Below, one piece after another: positions 32,662-34,841 of a stretch of DNA of 34,841 nt. Location: positions 1 through 34,841 of the IMG/VR virus record IMGVR_UViG_3300012964_000008, one strand, 5' to 3'. Positions within the stretch are counted from its first letter, which is position 1. Each line of letters begins with the position of its first letter. The translations under genes and the position numbers were made by a program. The notes below the pieces were generated by a model. It did no database searches. It saw only the letters and a program-made list of their open reading frames with translations, and was not told where the DNA came from. The DNA comes from a virus.

Positions 32662-32807
32662 TTCGCAAAGATCACCCCAGGATCAACGGAGAACTCAAAA
32701 TGCCTCCGCCCGCAGACTTTGCAAATCTTGACTACTCGATCTGGCCCAAGCTGCTTTGGCTCTAAATTCTCCTCTTGCTTGCAACATTCCTCCCGCTTGT
32801 CTTCCAT
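32646..32807 (-). CDS. Small Cys-rich protein (53 aa), below the track cutoff
   Basis: Hand translation gives MEDKREECCKQEENLEPKQLGPDRVVKICKVCGRRHFEFSVDPGVIFAKWSPL. AAGGAG lies 6 nt before the ATG at 32807. It fills an otherwise empty 158-nt gap. Confidence 0.45.
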   Translation of the reverse strand: MEDKREECCKQEENLEPKQLGPDRVVKICKVCGRRHFEFSVDPGVIFAKWSPL

Positions 32808-32819
32808 AGCTGTCTCCTT

Positions 32820-33254
32820 TCACGCGATGGTCAGAATTGTACCCGTTGTGTCTGAACCATTGAACTTCACCGAGAAAGTCTCCCCGCTTCCAAGCGTTAC
32901 GTCTGACCCATAGTCCCAATAGCCAACAAGTTTGTCAGGACCAGTTGCATCATCATCGTTATAGAGCATGACATACCGGAAGGACTGCCAATCCGCTGCG
33001 CCAGCAGTAAACACACACTTCGTGCCCGTTAGGGTGCCGGTTCCTGTGGCCTCGGCCCAGGTGTTCAGAGTGTCAATGGGCGCATAGCCAGTTCCGGTAG
33101 GTTGTGTAATACCACCCAATATCGTATCTGACTGTGTGGGCGGATCGGCTGGCCGAGCAAGGCCGACTTTGAGAGTGTGGGTGTTGAGGTTGTGGACCGC
33201 AAGGCCAAGCTGTTCTACGAAGTCATAAATCTTAACGAACGAGGCAGTTGGCAT
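32820..33254 (-). CDS. Hypothetical virion-module protein (144 aa)
   Basis: AGGAGG lies 7 nt before the ATG. Beta-rich and T/G-rich. Confidence 0.55.
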   Translation of the reverse strand: MPTASFVKIYDFVEQLGLAVHNLNTHTLKVGLARPADPPTQSDTILGGITQPTGTGYAPIDTLNTWAEATGTGTLTGTKCVFTAGAADWQSFRYVMLYNDDDATGPDKLVGYWDYGSDVTLGSGETFSVKFNGSDTTGTILTIA

Positions 33255-33295
33255 CTTCTATCCTCCTGCGCCTTCCCAGTTCATCAGGCCTTTTT

Positions 33296-33766
33296 TCATC
33301 CGATCTTCTCCCGGATCTTGTTCAGTTGAGCATTGAGGTCGTTGATCTTCGCCGCCAGGGCGTCTCTCTCCTTCTGGATCTCGGTCTTCTCCAGTTCCCA
33401 ATCGTTCCTCGCCTTCGCGGCTGCCACCTGGAATTCCTTGCTTTGAGCCTGGAGATCCTGGATCTTACCTGTGGCCTCCTCCTGCGCCTTCTGGACCGCA
33501 GCATCGATCTCTGCTGTCTTCTTCGTCAGCATCTCCTGGAACTGCTTGGTGGCCGCCGCCTTCTGCTCGGAGAGTTTCGCCTTCTCCTTCTTCAGGTCCT
33601 CGATCTCCCCTTCCAGGATCTTCACCGCCTTCTGGTTCTCGATCACCTGCACCTGGGATTGGGCGACCAGGTTGATGGCCGCCTCCAGTTTCTCGAACGC
33701 CCGGAAGTGGTTGACCATCTGCCGGGTCACATTCATGGCTTGCTGCAAACTCAGTTCGTCCGCCAT
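33296..33766 (-). CDS. Coiled-coil protein (156 aa)
   Basis: Nearly continuous heptad-like charged helix (KILEGEIEDLKKEKAKLSEQKAAATKQFQEML...). Confidence 0.55.
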   Translation of the reverse strand: MADELSLQQAMNVTRQMVNHFRAFEKLEAAINLVAQSQVQVIENQKAVKILEGEIEDLKKEKAKLSEQKAAATKQFQEMLTKKTAEIDAAVQKAQEEATGKIQDLQAQSKEFQVAAAKARNDWELEKTEIQKERDALAAKINDLNAQLNKIREKIG

Positions 33767-33778
33767 TCCCCCTCCCTC

Positions 33779-34150
33779 CTATCGCTTGGCCACCAGCCAA
33801 ACGCTTACCGACACCCCAGTTCCCGCCGTGATCGCCGGCCTGATCCAGTACGGATTCTCCAGGACCGCCTCGATCTTGTCCGCCGTCAGGTCTATAGTAT
33901 TTCCCTGCGGATCGGACAGGATGGTATAGTTGGCAGACGCCGGGGCCACATCCGCCTCGTTGCTCCCCTGGATTGCCGCATGGCCACCCGTTCCCCAGGT
34001 TCCCCGGACATGGACAGACTTGTCCGCAAGATAGGCGGCTGGGATCGGCTCTCCAGTGTTGTTCGTTTCCGTCAGGTTCGCCCACTTAAAGACCCGCACC
34101 CCATCTGCCTTGAAAGGATGGTCTAACTCTGCCACTGCGATTACTGCCAT
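33779..34150 (-). CDS. Hypothetical beta-rich virion-module protein (123 aa)
   Basis: ATG at 34150 after GGAGGGAGG; the track TTG at 34165 is rejected. Confidence 0.55.
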   Translation of the reverse strand: MAVIAVAELDHPFKADGVRVFKWANLTETNNTGEPIPAAYLADKSVHVRGTWGTGGHAAIQGSNEADVAPASANYTILSDPQGNTIDLTADKIEAVLENPYWIRPAITAGTGVSVSVWLVAKR

Positions 34151-34284
34151 TTTTCCTCCCTCCAATCGGCCATCGTGGCTCTTCCGCAGCCATAGGCCTC
34201 TATTTTGATCCAGGAGCCACGATCTCCTTGCTCCCGGTACTAAACCATAGCCCCACCCCCGGATCTCTCAACTCTCGGTCGGGC

Positions 34285-34333
34285 AACCGGGTAGTTTGGG
34301 GGATTTCGCGTCCCCCAAACTGTTTTCCCGGTT
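34285..34333 (-). terminator. Very stable RNA hairpin after the capsid-proximal genes (terminator or processing candidate, no U-tract)
   Basis: Minus-sense RNA reads AACCGGG-AAAAC-AGUUUGGGGGA-CGCGAAA-UCCCCCAAACU-A-CCCGGUU. That is an 11-bp inner stem plus a 7-bp outer stem. It begins about 10 nt after the stop at 34343. Confidence 0.4.
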
Positions 34334-34342
34334 TCCCCGTTT

Positions 34343-34759
34343 TCAGGCTGCGACGTACCAAAGTTGAACATGCAAGATCTTGCCAGTGGTAGGGTTCGCA
34401 CCTGCCGCCGTGGCATAGATCACCTTGCCCCCGATGTCCAGGCCGATGGCGGCCAGTTTCGGGACTTGCACCCGAGTAGCTGTCGCCATCGAGGTTGCTA
34501 CTACCAAGGCATCCGCGGCCCCGGTATATCCGATGGAGATGGTGACCGAAGTGCCCAGGCCATCCGTCTCCATGTAGCCCCCTACAACCTTGCAGATCGA
34601 GGGAGCGGTGAAGAGATAGCCGAGATCCGAAGTCGTCCAGTTCGCGGCCGTAATCACACCCTTGAGCACCTGGAGCTTCCCCCCACATTCGCAGGGATCC
34701 TTCAAGGTGGGCGGATTGGTCAACTCCTTCGCGTATTCCACACTATACTGAACTGCCAT
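34343..34759 (-). CDS. Capsid-associated protein (138 aa), possible decoration or auxiliary protein
   Basis: It immediately follows the capsid gene across the circular junction. GAGGAG lies upstream of the ATG. Beta-rich and G/A/T-rich. Its first 41 nt are duplicated at 1..41. Confidence 0.5.
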   Translation of the reverse strand: MAVQYSVEYAKELTNPPTLKDPCECGGKLQVLKGVITAANWTTSDLGYLFTAPSICKVVGGYMETDGLGTSVTISIGYTGAADALVVATSMATATRVQVPKLAAIGLDIGGKVIYATAAGANPTTGKILHVQLWYVAA

Positions 34760-34841
34760 TGCTTTCTCCTCATGGGAAAGGTCCCCTCCCGGAGTTCACC
34801 GGGAGAAAGGTTAAGGTTAGGTTACGCCTCGGTGCACTCGA
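34719..34841. repeat. Terminal direct repeat, copy 2
   Basis: Identical to 1..123. Confidence 0.95.

Noticed and set aside
1-34841. A lysogeny module (integrase, CI-like repressor, attP) or a defence or anti-defence system of a known type (RM, TA, Abi, Acr-Aca).
   Set aside because: No ORF shows tyrosine- or serine-recombinase motifs, a CI/Cro HTH with a peptidase domain, methyltransferase motifs or a recognisable toxin-antitoxin pair. Absence by eye is not proof, and profile searches are needed.

Overview
The window is one complete tailed-phage genome. Bases 1..123 are repeated exactly at 34719..34841, so the unit length is 34,718 bp, circular or circularly permuted, opened arbitrarily inside the late operon.

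Coding is very dense, and most gene junctions are ATGA, TAATG or GTGA overlaps. There are two transcription blocks.

(1) A rightward, low-GC early block (10133..15097) starts at a near-consensus sigma70-type promoter. It encodes many tiny Cys-rich or zinc-ribbon proteins, a putative single-strand annealing protein and two tandem paralogous Cas4-like PD-(D/E)XK nucleases.

(2) A leftward block runs from 9992 down to 104 and continues across the junction from 34759 down to 14937. It encodes, in order:
- a small basic protein, a zinc ribbon and a DnaD-like replisome organizer
- a secreted SDGLGG-repeat protein
- a terminator-like palindrome
- terS and a GpA-type terL
- a T7 gp8-like portal, a scaffold and a T7 gp10-like capsid protein
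- six small virion or unknown genes
- a chimeric 547-aa repeat protein
- tail tubular A-like and B-like proteins
- internal or ejection proteins, including an HExxH protein and a 1734-aa giant
- a tail fibre
- a lysis cassette (membrane proteins, lipoprotein, holin, M15-type endolysin)

I found no RNA polymerase, DNA polymerase, primase or helicase, integrase, repressor, tRNA or CRISPR array.

All functional calls come from reading motifs and synteny by eye. No database search was run, and comparisons with T7 proteins are from memory.

The items most worth follow-up are:
- the duplicated Cas4-like nuclease pair with its repeated palindrome-ended intergenic element
- an apparently frameshifted annealase tail
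- the secreted SDGLGG repeat protein
- possible enzymatic domains in the ejection proteins
- an AT-rich island that splices a foreign N-terminal domain onto a GC-rich repeat tail
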